A stretch of DNA of 64,000 nt, from the NCBI GenBank assembly GCA_963836755.1, contig CAWIKF010000002.1, forward strand, positions 1,248,001-1,312,000. The letters are read 5' to 3'. Source of the stretch: an uncultured Verrucomicrobiae bacterium. Its GTDB lineage: Bacteria > Verrucomicrobiota > Verrucomicrobiia > Chthoniobacterales > Chthoniobacteraceae. Under the pieces are notes generated by a model that saw only the letters and a list, made by a program, of their open reading frames with translations, searched no databases and was not told the DNA's origin. Positions 20,273 through 29,767 of the stretch are shown piece after piece. Both the position numbers and the translations under genes were made by a program. Numbering within the stretch: the stretch's first letter is position 1; every line of letters begins with the position of its first letter.

Positions 20273-20774
20273 AGCGATGTGATTTAAATAGCCCTAACCA
20301 AGCGATGCAGCTAACAGGCTCCGCCTGTAGCTGATCTTGTTCTCGTTAGACGAGTATGCGACGCGAAGACGAAAGTCACATTGTAGCCGATGGCCAGTCG
20401 CGCATCGTCGCTGGTTATGCTGCTCGGCTCCGCGCCCGTTTGCTTCGGCGCGCGGCTCCGCTACTTGAGCGTGGCAATCCCCTGCAGCGGATGGCGATTC
20501 GCTATCGGATGTCTCGTTTTGTTCGCGCTCAGATTCGCCGCCGGCGTCGAAAGTTGGCTCCGTTCGAAGCACTGTATGCATTGCCTAGTCAGTAGCCGCT
20601 TGTTTCGGGAGTTTCACGTGAGGCCACGCCAAACGTCTAACCATGCGATGGAGCCAACCACTGGCCGGCGTACGCGCAAGTTTTCCGTGAGTCCAACCCC
20701 ACATCCCGCCGCCACGCGCGCTCTCGCCAGTGGTGGCTGATCTTGTTCTCGTTAGGCTCCTTCCGCGCACTTCG

Positions 20775-21311
20775 ATGAAAGGCATTCAAGAACTCACCCT
20801 GAGAGTGTGCGTGACCGCCCTTTTCCTGTTTCCGGCGTTGTCTTTCGCTTATGCCCGCCCCAGACCAATCGCTGCTCGAATCATCAATATCCGTGGAGAG
20901 ACTCAACCCGAAGATGCAGTCGGCAATGTTGAGGTTACGCTCTCAAACCACCGCAAAGAGATATGGACTCGTAGCTGGCATTGCGAGCTTGCTAAAGTCT
21001 CCAAGACTAGGCTGGTAGGTTGGACTTACGCATCGGGCCAGCATACACGCGGCCCGTGGATGAACGATGAGTTGTGCATCGCGAACAGCAGGCACGACGT
21101 AACCCACTTTTCTGTTGATCGTGCGTTTATTGACCTTTGGGATTTTACCGATCACGATACTTGCGTCGTAATACGTTCACGGAACATTCATGGTCCTTCG
21201 TGGCTCGAGAAGTTTCGGATCGACACCGGCCAGTTCATCGATGAGTGTTCGGGCAGCAACTATCCTGAGAAGACCCCAGAATGGGCAAGACCATATCTCG
21301 ATGAACAATAG
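20775..21311 (+). CDS. Cassette secreted hypothetical protein
   Basis: Signal peptide; bracketed by GTTAGGCTCC and GGAGCCTAAC. Confidence 0.65.
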   Translation: MKGIQELTLRVCVTALFLFPALSFAYARPRPIAARIINIRGETQPEDAVGNVEVTLSNHRKEIWTRSWHCELAKVSKTRLVGWTYASGQHTRGPWMNDELCIANSRHDVTHFSVDRAFIDLWDFTDHDTCVVIRSRNIHGPSWLEKFRIDTGQFIDECSGSNYPEKTPEWARPYLDEQ

Positions 21312-21490
21312 CCAGGAGCCTAACCATGTGATGCAGCTAACAGACTCCACCTGTAGCTAATCTTTTTCTTGTTAGATGCAGAATACGAGTATGAACGAAG
21401 TTGCTAAACCACCGTCAGCGCACCGGTGCTGCTTTTGATTTACCGCGTTAATTCTTGACTTCGCACCGTCGTGATTTCAAAATCAACATT

Positions 21491-21850
21491 ATGAAACGCT
21501 CCCTCCTTACAACACTCGCTCTTCTTCCATGTTTTGCGTTAGCCGCGACAAGTCCCACCTCCATACCCCCTGATGTAGCTCATGAGCTTTCGGTGATGAC
21601 GACCAAGCTGAAGCTGAGTGAGAGTCAGCAAGACAGGATCAGGCCGATACTTGTGGCGGAATTTAACAAGAAGCAAGCGATAGAGAACAGCACGCTCAGC
21701 GACAGGCAGAAACATGATCAGGTTGGGTCGAATCACAGGGCGGCGTTGCAAAAGATTAAGGCATTGTTTACGCCCGAACAACTGGCGCTGATAGAAGAGG
21801 ATCAGAATCATCCATCTACAAGTTCGACAAGGCCGAAATCGAGAGATTAG
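21491..21850 (+). CDS. Secreted helical protein (Spy/LTXXQ-like)
   Basis: Signal peptide; LKLSESQQ and FTPEQ motifs. Confidence 0.55.
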   Translation: MKRSLLTTLALLPCFALAATSPTSIPPDVAHELSVMTTKLKLSESQQDRIRPILVAEFNKKQAIENSTLSDRQKHDQVGSNHRAALQKIKALFTPEQLALIEEDQNHPSTSSTRPKSRD

Positions 21851-22098
21851 TTAATGAAAACAAAACATATTGGGTGAGTTGTTGCGGCTGCCTATTGCGC
21901 TACGCGGCGGATGCGCTTGCATTCTATCATGTTTTCCAGAGCCAATCGACTGATCAATCATACCGGTTTATTCTTTCAAGGATTTGTCCTTTGCCTCAGT
22001 TTCCTGTCGCAATGCAATCGCTGCTAGTTGGGCTAAGTCTAGCGATAGGAGGCAGAGACTTTAGGGGAGGAGAGGGGCGATTGTCGCCGCTTTAAACA

Positions 22099-22211
22099 CG
22101 GACGCCACGTACACCATTTAGAGACTCACTTTGGGGATATCGAACGATGACGCGCTGCTCTTTCCTCTCAGAATCCTGAATTGAGTGCAACACTGCCGTC
22201 CGCAGCGTCCG
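22099..22211. repeat. CGGAC origin-like unit 3
   Basis: CGGACGCCACGTACA ... CGTCCGCAGCGTCCG. Confidence 0.8.
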
Positions 22212-22534
22212 CGATTACCTTTCCTAGGGCATTGTCCTTGTGCTGGCACTTCTCGCGGGCGTGCTCGGCTCTTGGTCTTTCCAGAGTATTCGTCCCTTCG
22301 ACTTTTACCACGAAGCCGATGGTGGTATGCCGGGATGGGAGCCCGTTATGATGTATTCTAAAACTACGATCCAGTGTTGTATCATTGCACTTGTTTCGGT
22401 ATTCGGCAGCGCACTTGCGTGCTACTTTATTACTCGACATGCTGAACCCCGCACAACGGACTAACCATGCTATGCAAGTAAATCGATCCCGCCTGTAGCT
22501 GAGCTTGTATCTCCTTAGGCTGTTGCACTATACC

Positions 22535-22954
22535 ATGAAACCTATTTTTCTCTTCAGCCTGCTCCCACTCATTTGCGCTGCCGCGTTGCCGCAGCAGGAC
22601 TTTATTGGTTCACGCATCACTGAGTTTGAACGTGTCTCTTACGATTTCCAACTTACGAAAACGGCTCTGCAGAAAGCACCTGTATGGAGCCCGGAAGCTC
22701 CATTTCCTCCGCTATCGCCTAGGAAAGCGCAGGAGATCGCTACGGCGCAGCTCCAAGAGTTGCTTCCCGATCAGCATCGGTGGATGCGCATTTCTAGGAT
22801 CACGCTGGAGGAGCTTGACGGTTCGCATTGGATTTACCTAGTGACATTTGATTATGTTCCGCCGACTCCGTATTCAGGACCAGCTCGGTTGTTCACGATT
22901 CCAGTTTATCTCGACGGTTTCATCATAACACCGCACATTCGCAAGCAAACATAA
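22535..22954 (+). CDS. Cassette secreted hypothetical protein
   Basis: Signal peptide; lies between two attC sites. Confidence 0.65.
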   Translation: MKPIFLFSLLPLICAAALPQQDFIGSRITEFERVSYDFQLTKTALQKAPVWSPEAPFPPLSPRKAQEIATAQLQELLPDQHRWMRISRITLEELDGSHWIYLVTFDYVPPTPYSGPARLFTIPVYLDGFIITPHIRKQT

Positions 22955-23035
22955 TGAGGCTAACCATGCGATGCAGCTAAGAGGCTCCGCCTGTAGCTGC
23001 ATCTTGTTCTCGTTAGCTACCCTGCACATCCAACC

Positions 23036-23353
23036 ATGAAATTCAGCCTATTCTTACCATTTGCAGCGGTCACACTCCTATGCGCCGGCTGTAACCATTC
23101 GGATCGCGACGATGATGTGTTGTTTATTGGCTACCGTTATGCCAAAGACAGCCATGCCTACGTTTCTGCCAACGCAACGAAATATATGGGCGATGGTTAT
23201 GCCACGTCGCTGAACGCCAGTCCCCATGTGAGGATTTGGGGTTCCATGTGCAGCCTGACTTGGGTCGAAACCGAGAGTGACGGGAGCAAAAGGACAAAAC
23301 ATGTCAGCTTCCCTGTATCGAACATCGACGAGATTGTTTGGAAGGGCGACTAG
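23036..23353 (+). CDS. Cassette lipoprotein
   Basis: Lipobox-like CAGC; lies between attC sites. Confidence 0.6.
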   Translation: MKFSLFLPFAAVTLLCAGCNHSDRDDDVLFIGYRYAKDSHAYVSANATKYMGDGYATSLNASPHVRIWGSMCSLTWVETESDGSKRTKHVSFPVSNIDEIVWKGD

Positions 23354-23479
23354 TTCGCTCGGCCGTATCACCCAGCCTAAAAGGCGCTCCAGCGAACCGA
23401 GGCTGGCGATGGGCTTTTTCTTGTATTCCAAGTCTTCTCGCGCCAGCCTCTGTCGCTGAGCTTGAGTCCGTTAGGCTCC

Positions 23480-23839
23480 ATGCGCTTTTTCATCGCCATT
23501 ATAGGTTTGTTTGTTTTGTGCGGTTGCCACAGTCAAATGGCATCCGAACCACAGCGAGAGGCTGGCGCACCGTTTGGCGATATGTGGCGTCCAGATGACA
23601 GTCGGTTCACGCAGCGTGAGCACGAGATTGTCGCTTCCGCTCGTAGTTATCTCGACAAGCAACAGAAGAAGCCAGTCGATGGATATTACAAACTTGAGCA
23701 CACAAAAGATCGCTACGAGGTCTTTGTTATGTTTGCCGCTGGCCGCGAGCATGGCCGCCCGTTATTTTATCCCGGCGGTCATTGCACTGTGTTGCTCCGA
23801 GAAGATGGGAGTGTGATTCGTGTATTACCTGGAGCCTAA
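23480..23839 (+). CDS. Cassette lipoprotein
   Basis: Lipobox LCGC; stop codon in the attC TAAC box. Confidence 0.65.
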   Translation: MRFFIAIIGLFVLCGCHSQMASEPQREAGAPFGDMWRPDDSRFTQREHEIVASARSYLDKQQKKPVDGYYKLEHTKDRYEVFVMFAAGREHGRPLFYPGGHCTVLLREDGSVIRVLPGA

Positions 23840-23982
23840 CAAGTCGCTGAAGCCAACCGCAGTTGGTACTTGCAGTTCCGCTGTCGCGGTTCACGTTAGG
23901 TGTTGCCGGCCGCTCACCAATCGACAACAACCGAAGCAAACTAGCTGATCTTCAGCAGATGCGTCTCGACAATCGCACTTCC

Positions 23983-24284
23983 ATGAAAGGTCTATCTATC
24001 GTAATCCTCCTCGCTGCTCTGACCTCGGCGCTGTTTGCCCGAAACATACAGTGGCGAACGAAAGATAAGCCACCTGTTTCCATCATTGCGGCAGTGGAGG
24101 CCGCGACCAAGGAATTGGACAAAGGAGGTGCTGATTTTTACTGCCTGGGAGTAGCATCGGAAGGAACTTCTCAGAATGCGACTGGCTGCTTACATTCTCG
24201 AACGCTGCTGGTGAGGTCCGCTGGGTTTCCGTCGGTAGCGACGGTAAGATTAGAGTCAGCAAGGAAGCATTTGAATATGATTGA
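23983..24284 (+). pseudogene. Frameshifted small secreted protein
   Basis: MKGLSIVILL...FYCLG continues in another frame as CDWLLTFSNAAGEVRWVSV. Confidence 0.4.
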
Positions 24285-24425
24285 CACCCAATCCCACCTC
24301 TCCCGCGAACAGCGGCTCAGAGTCAGGTCTTTCCTGTTTGGAATCCTTGACCTGGCCTGCCTCTGTCGCTGGACTTCGGTCGGTGATGCGGCATTCGGAC
24401 CCTCCAAACAAATCTGATCCCGCCG

Positions 24426-25091
24426 ATGAAGACTACGCTCAGCGTGGCGTTATTACTTTTAGTCTGCACCGGAATTGGGCAGGCGAAACTGATCGAATCC
24501 TATCGGATGGATTCGCTGGTCTTGTTCTCTGATGTCATCGTTTATTGCGACGAGGAGGATGTGAAAAGAAAGGAGATCCCGCACGAGATCACCGATTCGC
24601 GAGGTCTGGTAAAATGGACCGATACGATCACCATCACGCGATGCAAGGTGCTGCAGAGTTTTAAGGGCGATCTTGCGCCAGGTGCGGAAATCACGGTCGA
24701 ATATTACAACGTATTCTGCCGCTACTTATTCGAGAACGGGCCATACACGGTGCTGAATGCTGCGAGAGAAGTCGTTTCCGTGCATAAGGCCGAGTATTTT
24801 CCTCCGGGAAAAGTTTTGCTGTTTCTACGCAAGGATTCCGCAGCAGGTTATGGAGTCGTGGATTCAAAATTGGTGCAGGATGGAAAGGTTTACCGCTACG
24901 TCCAGATGATGAATCCCGGCCCGCTTAATCTCTGCCGGCAAGGGCCTGAGAATTTCAAGCTAGCGAAAGGCAAGCCTTACGGCGAAGAGGAACTTCTCAG
25001 GGACATGACGCTGGCCCTGAAGAAATCCGTCATGCTCAAAAGGCCGGTCCCTGAAAGCATTGATGAAACGATGAAGGCTGCGGCAGAATGA
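24426..25091 (+). CDS. Secreted hypothetical protein
   Basis: 221 aa with signal peptide. Confidence 0.6.
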   Translation: MKTTLSVALLLLVCTGIGQAKLIESYRMDSLVLFSDVIVYCDEEDVKRKEIPHEITDSRGLVKWTDTITITRCKVLQSFKGDLAPGAEITVEYYNVFCRYLFENGPYTVLNAAREVVSVHKAEYFPPGKVLLFLRKDSAAGYGVVDSKLVQDGKVYRYVQMMNPGPLNLCRQGPENFKLAKGKPYGEEELLRDMTLALKKSVMLKRPVPESIDETMKAAAE

Positions 25092-25711
25092 GCAAGCTGA
25101 TGCAGCAAACGGCGGCGGCCCTTTTGGTTCTTCTGGCCTTTTCATCCCGACCAAGTCTGGGTGCGGAGCTCAAACTTTTCCGAGTGCGCGATAAGCCAAT
25201 GATTTCGCCAGACAATCGGCTTGGTCTTGCTACAGAATATTCAGACGGAGACGAACCCGCCGGTGACGGGCTTTGGCTGGTTCGTCTGCCTTCGATGACG
25301 CCCATCGGCAAGCCCGTTAAAACTGGGCCGTTCTTGGGGAATCGGGGAGATGCGGTGTGGAACCTGCGCGCTCACCGTGTGGCAGTCAGCGCAGGTGGTC
25401 TTCCCCAACGGGAGACCAAGGTCTTTGAGTATTCCGCTGACTCATTTCGCGCTCTCGCTCCTCTGCCGGACATGCGACAACTCGTTTCACGATATTTCTC
25501 AGGGGTAACTCGATTCGGCTATAAATTCTACGTTGATGTCAAACGCTGGCAGGACAAGAACACGCTCGAAGTGACCGTAGATGCAGACGCGACCTTCAAG
25601 GGAGGAAGCAGCGACTGGATTAGCCTCAGAGTAGTCGTGAAGCTCAATAAGGAGAAACAATGGCGAATTGTTTCTGTGATTGATCTTGCGAGTCGAGCCA
25701 GCCATGACTAA
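25088..25711 (+). CDS. Secreted hypothetical protein
   Basis: 207 aa, ATGA-coupled to the upstream gene; stop in GACTAAC. Confidence 0.6.
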   Translation: MSKLMQQTAAALLVLLAFSSRPSLGAELKLFRVRDKPMISPDNRLGLATEYSDGDEPAGDGLWLVRLPSMTPIGKPVKTGPFLGNRGDAVWNLRAHRVAVSAGGLPQRETKVFEYSADSFRALAPLPDMRQLVSRYFSGVTRFGYKFYVDVKRWQDKNTLEVTVDADATFKGGSSDWISLRVVVKLNKEKQWRIVSVIDLASRASHD

Positions 25712-25817
25712 CATGGTGCCCGCGCGTCACTCCGCACACTCGGGACCCGGCGATGCAGCTAACATCTTCCCCCGATAGCTGATCTTGTTCTCGTTAAGTC
25801 ACCACTACCACACCATT

Positions 25818-26834
25818 GTGCGAGCCCAAATCTTTTTCTTCTTTACTATTCTATCACTCCGGCTGCAGGCCACTCCCATACAAGACAGGCTGTCGTTGAA
25901 AACCGTTTCTGGGCAGTATGAAGCAGTGGAAGGGGTCGACGGCTATGACGCCACAGAATTTCCTACACTTCGGCTCAAAGCGTTGGATGCTGGTGACGAG
26001 CCTTTCTTCAGCCGGGTGGAAATTAGTTTTACTTGCTACTGGATTAGCCACAAGGACGCTATTCGCTTTCAAGGCGCGGGAGTTGGTTCAATTGACGAAA
26101 ATGGCGTTCTGAACTTCGCATTTGTTGATGAGGATGGGCGCCACGGAACTGGAAAGTGGCGCCGTCAGGGAACCCAATATGAACTTTCGTTGGTATGTTC
26201 AGAACACATCGAAGGATCGCAACACGAAGACATGAAGATGTTATTTGTTTACGGCGAGCCACACTTGTATTCCAAGACAAATAATGATGCGCTGCAGCGA
26301 ACGTCGTCGGCGCCTCGTGGCAAAGCTTTGACTGCCGAGCCAACGGCGAAGAAGCGGAACCGAACACCACCAGCGGGAGGCGACGTTAGCAGGCTAATTT
26401 CGCTTATCGGCAAAGATAAACGAAGAAAGGAGGTGCAGGAGTTCTTAGATGGCTTCGGCTCAACTCCAGAAGTTGACAAATTCAAGGGAGATACAAGGCC
26501 AGATGGAAGCAAAGGTTCTCCATGTGAGTATTACAGTTACAAAGATAAGGGGATTTCGATCAGAATTGCCGGGGGAGTGATTACGTCTATTTTCTTATAT
26601 TACGAAGGTGCGGATGGATTCCATCAGTATCACGGGCTGTTGCCCTATGGCCTTCGTTTCATGATGAACCGAAAAGAAATTGAAAATAAGATCGGTATAG
26701 CTTCCGATTACCTAGGGACCGAATTGAATGTTTTCGCAAGTTATCCAAAGAAGAAGATGTATCTTACATACGACTCGCCGTCGAAGACGGACATGAGCGC
26801 CCACCTTTACGAGATATGCTTGGCTGACGAATGA
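25818..26834 (+). CDS. Cassette hypothetical protein, probably a two-part fusion
   Basis: ORF between an attC and a half attC; an internal NNDALQRT stretch resembles a translated attC remnant. Confidence 0.5.
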   Translation: MRAQIFFFFTILSLRLQATPIQDRLSLKTVSGQYEAVEGVDGYDATEFPTLRLKALDAGDEPFFSRVEISFTCYWISHKDAIRFQGAGVGSIDENGVLNFAFVDEDGRHGTGKWRRQGTQYELSLVCSEHIEGSQHEDMKMLFVYGEPHLYSKTNNDALQRTSSAPRGKALTAEPTAKKRNRTPPAGGDVSRLISLIGKDKRRKEVQEFLDGFGSTPEVDKFKGDTRPDGSKGSPCEYYSYKDKGISIRIAGGVITSIFLYYEGADGFHQYHGLLPYGLRFMMNRKEIENKIGIASDYLGTELNVFASYPKKKMYLTYDSPSKTDMSAHLYEICLADE

Positions 26835-26975
26835 CCCCTTGCCATTGCTCCGCTACGATTTAGATGACCGCCATGACATTTCGCACCTCGTCGTCTAACC
26901 CTGCGATGCAGCTAAATGGCTCGGTGCGTCACGCCATGCCAAAAAGATGATTAACCGAGTGCTAAAAGGAGAGCC

Positions 26976-27089
26976 CGGACGCCACGGACGCCATTTAGCA
27001 ACTTACTTTGGAATGTTGAACTGGCGATCCGGCTGCTCTCTCCGCTCACACTTCTAAAAGGAGTGCAAAATTGCCGTCCGTAGCGTCCG
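26976..27089. repeat. CGGAC origin-like unit 4
   Basis: CGGACGCCACGGACG ... CGTCCGTAGCGTCCG. Confidence 0.85.
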
Positions 27090-27692
27090 TAGAGTGAAGT
27101 AAGTCGATGAAATTTCGGCATTCTCAAAAGTTCCTTTCGGGTTGTGTTCTCTCAGCTCATCCTTCAGCTCAAGCGTGGGGAGGATCCGTGCGCAGAGTAT
27201 TCCAACCGCATGAAGGACGAACTTGACGAACCCTTTGCACTTCATGAACACTCCTATCCTGGGTTGCTCACGCTGAAGGGCTACATCACCTTGTTCTCCA
27301 TTGGCGCTCACGCTTCCGTGCGGCGCGTGAAGGTTGAATCTGCCGTTCAACGCGCCAAGGAACTAAGCATCGATTACAAGTGTGCTCCTCCGGATTTGTA
27401 TCCCGAGCGAGGCGGATTCTCCTACATCGCGAATCACGGCTGATGTTTGCGAGCATGCTAGTATCGCTCCCTGAGCGAGAGCTGATAGGAACATGCATGT
27501 GTCGTGTCTACTCGAACTGCTCTCGGCTGAGTCTAATGAGACGGTGGCGAAATCTCGGGTTATTAGAAGACTGGCACGCGGAGCTCTGGCCAGAAGACTA
27601 ACAAAGGTTTAATTTTGCGGTTTGGCGCACCATCCCAGGCTAAGCCAGCTCACCAAAGCAACGTTCTCTCGAAATCAGTAGCGGTATTCAAA

Positions 27693-28622
27693 ATGAAGCT
27701 TCTTAAATCTGATAACCATTACTTCGCCTACCATTCCGAAGAAATCATGGGATACAAGTATGCTCCCAAAAAGAGCGAGGACTTTCGTTTTCTCACAGAC
27801 AAGCCACTTAGCTTTGTTGAAAAGGTAAGGAAGGGTATTGTCTGGGTTATTTGCGGTTCTGAGAATTCTTCCGGAGGTAAGTCGTATTATCTTCGAGCTG
27901 CTTTTCGTGCCACACGGATTGAGGAATACGAGTATGACTCTGAAGCATTCAATGGTGACTTTGAACCTTCTCTCTGCATTCTGGGTCGTGAAGGTGTTCT
28001 CCTTAGGCCAATAAAACTCAATGGGATTAAATGGTTTGAAGATTATTACGTAGCGAAACGAAGATATAGTCTTGGCATTCACGAGATAATGTCGAATCCC
28101 ATTGTTGATTCTTTGTTCGACCTTGTGAGATCTCACCCCGGTTTCGAGATGTTGGGGATACAAACCGACGTCCCGTCCAAGTTATTGCAATCAATGAAAC
28201 TGCACGACTTGACGCGATTTGTCGAAGCACAGCAGGATGTTTATGAATCCGCACTGTCTGAACTAAAGCGAGGCAGCAAGGAATCCCACTGGATGTGGTT
28301 CATATTTCCGCAGATCGGTGGGCTTGGCCACAGCACAATGGCAAAGAAATATGCCATCAAGTCACGGCAGGAGGCTGAAACTTATCTTCTACATCCAGTG
28401 CTCGGGCCGCGACTCGTTAAATGCTCAAGGGCTCTTCTACAAATCCAGAACAAGTCTGCCTCAGAAATCATGGGTTCTCCGGACGACTTAAAGCTCAGGT
28501 CGAGCATGACACTATTTGCCCGCGTCTCTGAAGCGAATTCAGTGTTTCATCAGGTGATCGACAAATATTTCCAAGGTCGAGCTGACCAACGTACCATTGA
28601 GATCCTCAATGCCGGCTTGTGA
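27693..28622 (+). CDS. Unknown N-terminal domain fused to DUF1810
   Basis: C-terminal DLTRFVEAQ...SHWMWFIFPQIGGLGHS...KLRSSMTLF. Confidence 0.7.
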   Translation: MKLLKSDNHYFAYHSEEIMGYKYAPKKSEDFRFLTDKPLSFVEKVRKGIVWVICGSENSSGGKSYYLRAAFRATRIEEYEYDSEAFNGDFEPSLCILGREGVLLRPIKLNGIKWFEDYYVAKRRYSLGIHEIMSNPIVDSLFDLVRSHPGFEMLGIQTDVPSKLLQSMKLHDLTRFVEAQQDVYESALSELKRGSKESHWMWFIFPQIGGLGHSTMAKKYAIKSRQEAETYLLHPVLGPRLVKCSRALLQIQNKSASEIMGSPDDLKLRSSMTLFARVSEANSVFHQVIDKYFQGRADQRTIEILNAGL

Positions 28623-28960
28623 TGGCTGCGCGATCACGCGAGCCTTTGTCCTCAGCTCTTAGCTATAGCTGATCCATGAATCGCGAACAATGTGCCCGAT
28701 TCTCTTGGCCTCGAAGTCCACACGAATAGCCACGCCTATCAGCTTCTCCCAGCATGGCACATCCAGTTCATTCAAGATTGTAAAAACCTCCGGTGGTGCA
28801 AATCTGGCAATCAGCAATCTGTCCTGGGAGTGTCGAATATAGAGCGCAGCTTCTCCCTTGCACTTTTCGTTGTAGCCCAGCCGGGTGGAAATAATCGTCG
28901 CCGTGTCCATTTTCGTGATGGTAACTTAACCTGCTGCCGAACCAATCCAGAGTGGAAGAA

Positions 28961-29365
28961 TCAAGCATTTGGCGCTGGATTCCCAGTCGATCGGCTAGCA
29001 GCCCAGCGCGCTTTCATTGATGCAGCCAATCTTGCTCGACCTTCAGGAGTCAATTGGCGCTTCTTTCTTGATGTCGCGGTTGCTTTAGAAGCAGGAGACT
29101 GCGATGACTTTCCTTTCGCTTTTGCGGGCGTCGCTTTTCTAACCCGCGCCCATCTAGCTTTTTGAGCAGCACGCATCTTTTCAATGGATGCAGTTGAGAA
29201 TGTCCGCTTACCACCCCGCTTTGGCTTCACCGTTACTTCAACGACCGATTCGCCCTTGAAAATTTCGCCCAACCTGTTTTGGAGATATTCAATCTGCTTC
29301 CTGATATTAAGGGCTTCTTCGATGGTATGGATGGGATGATCCCAGAATGAACTTGAGTTAGGCAT
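28961..29365 (-). CDS. Basic nucleoid-associated-like protein
   Basis: N-terminal coiled coil; Lys/Ala-rich; duplicated (Q/M)KARWA motif. Confidence 0.65.
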   Translation of the reverse strand: MPNSSSFWDHPIHTIEEALNIRKQIEYLQNRLGEIFKGESVVEVTVKPKRGGKRTFSTASIEKMRAAQKARWARVRKATPAKAKGKSSQSPASKATATSRKKRQLTPEGRARLAASMKARWAASRSTGNPAPNA

Positions 29366-29767
29366 GGCTGTTGATATAAGGGCATGCTACGAAACCGTCA
29401 ATGGCTAACGAAACCAATCAGGAGCAAATACTGACGAGCAGATGCGGCTGCGTGACAAAAGCCTTCATTTTAGGATAAAAGTCGATTGCGCAGATTGTAC
29501 TCTTGAAAACAACCTCTCCCGGATTAGACTCAATAAATGCGCATTATATTACGCATTACTTTGCCAATGGCCTAACTGTTTGATCCTCGACACGTTGTCC
29601 GCAGATTTGGGGAGTCTTGAGCTTGGAGGGAGGGAATTTAGGGAGAGTGAGAGCGGCGGAATTTATGGAGGCAAAGTTAAGCAGGGACGAAAGAGTTCCG
29701 GACGGTTTGAAAAATAACTCATTGCAAACTCCCATGACCGGGCAGAAAATTGCAATTCACCCCCACC

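Larger units (their letters stand above)
19117..26930 (+). mobile_element. Integron cassette array without intI (CALIN 1)
   Basis: attC-like sites at 19456-19578, 19992-20051, 20292-20351, 20635-20757, 21318-21377, 22459-22520, 22958-23018, 23375-23476, 23834-23901 (partial), 25706-25799 and 26893- (left half), each following a short ORF. Confidence 0.9.

Noticed and set aside
19394..20906. Minus-strand ORFs containing LTRTRSAT or PNENKIS
   Set aside because: These are translations of attC repeats, not genes.
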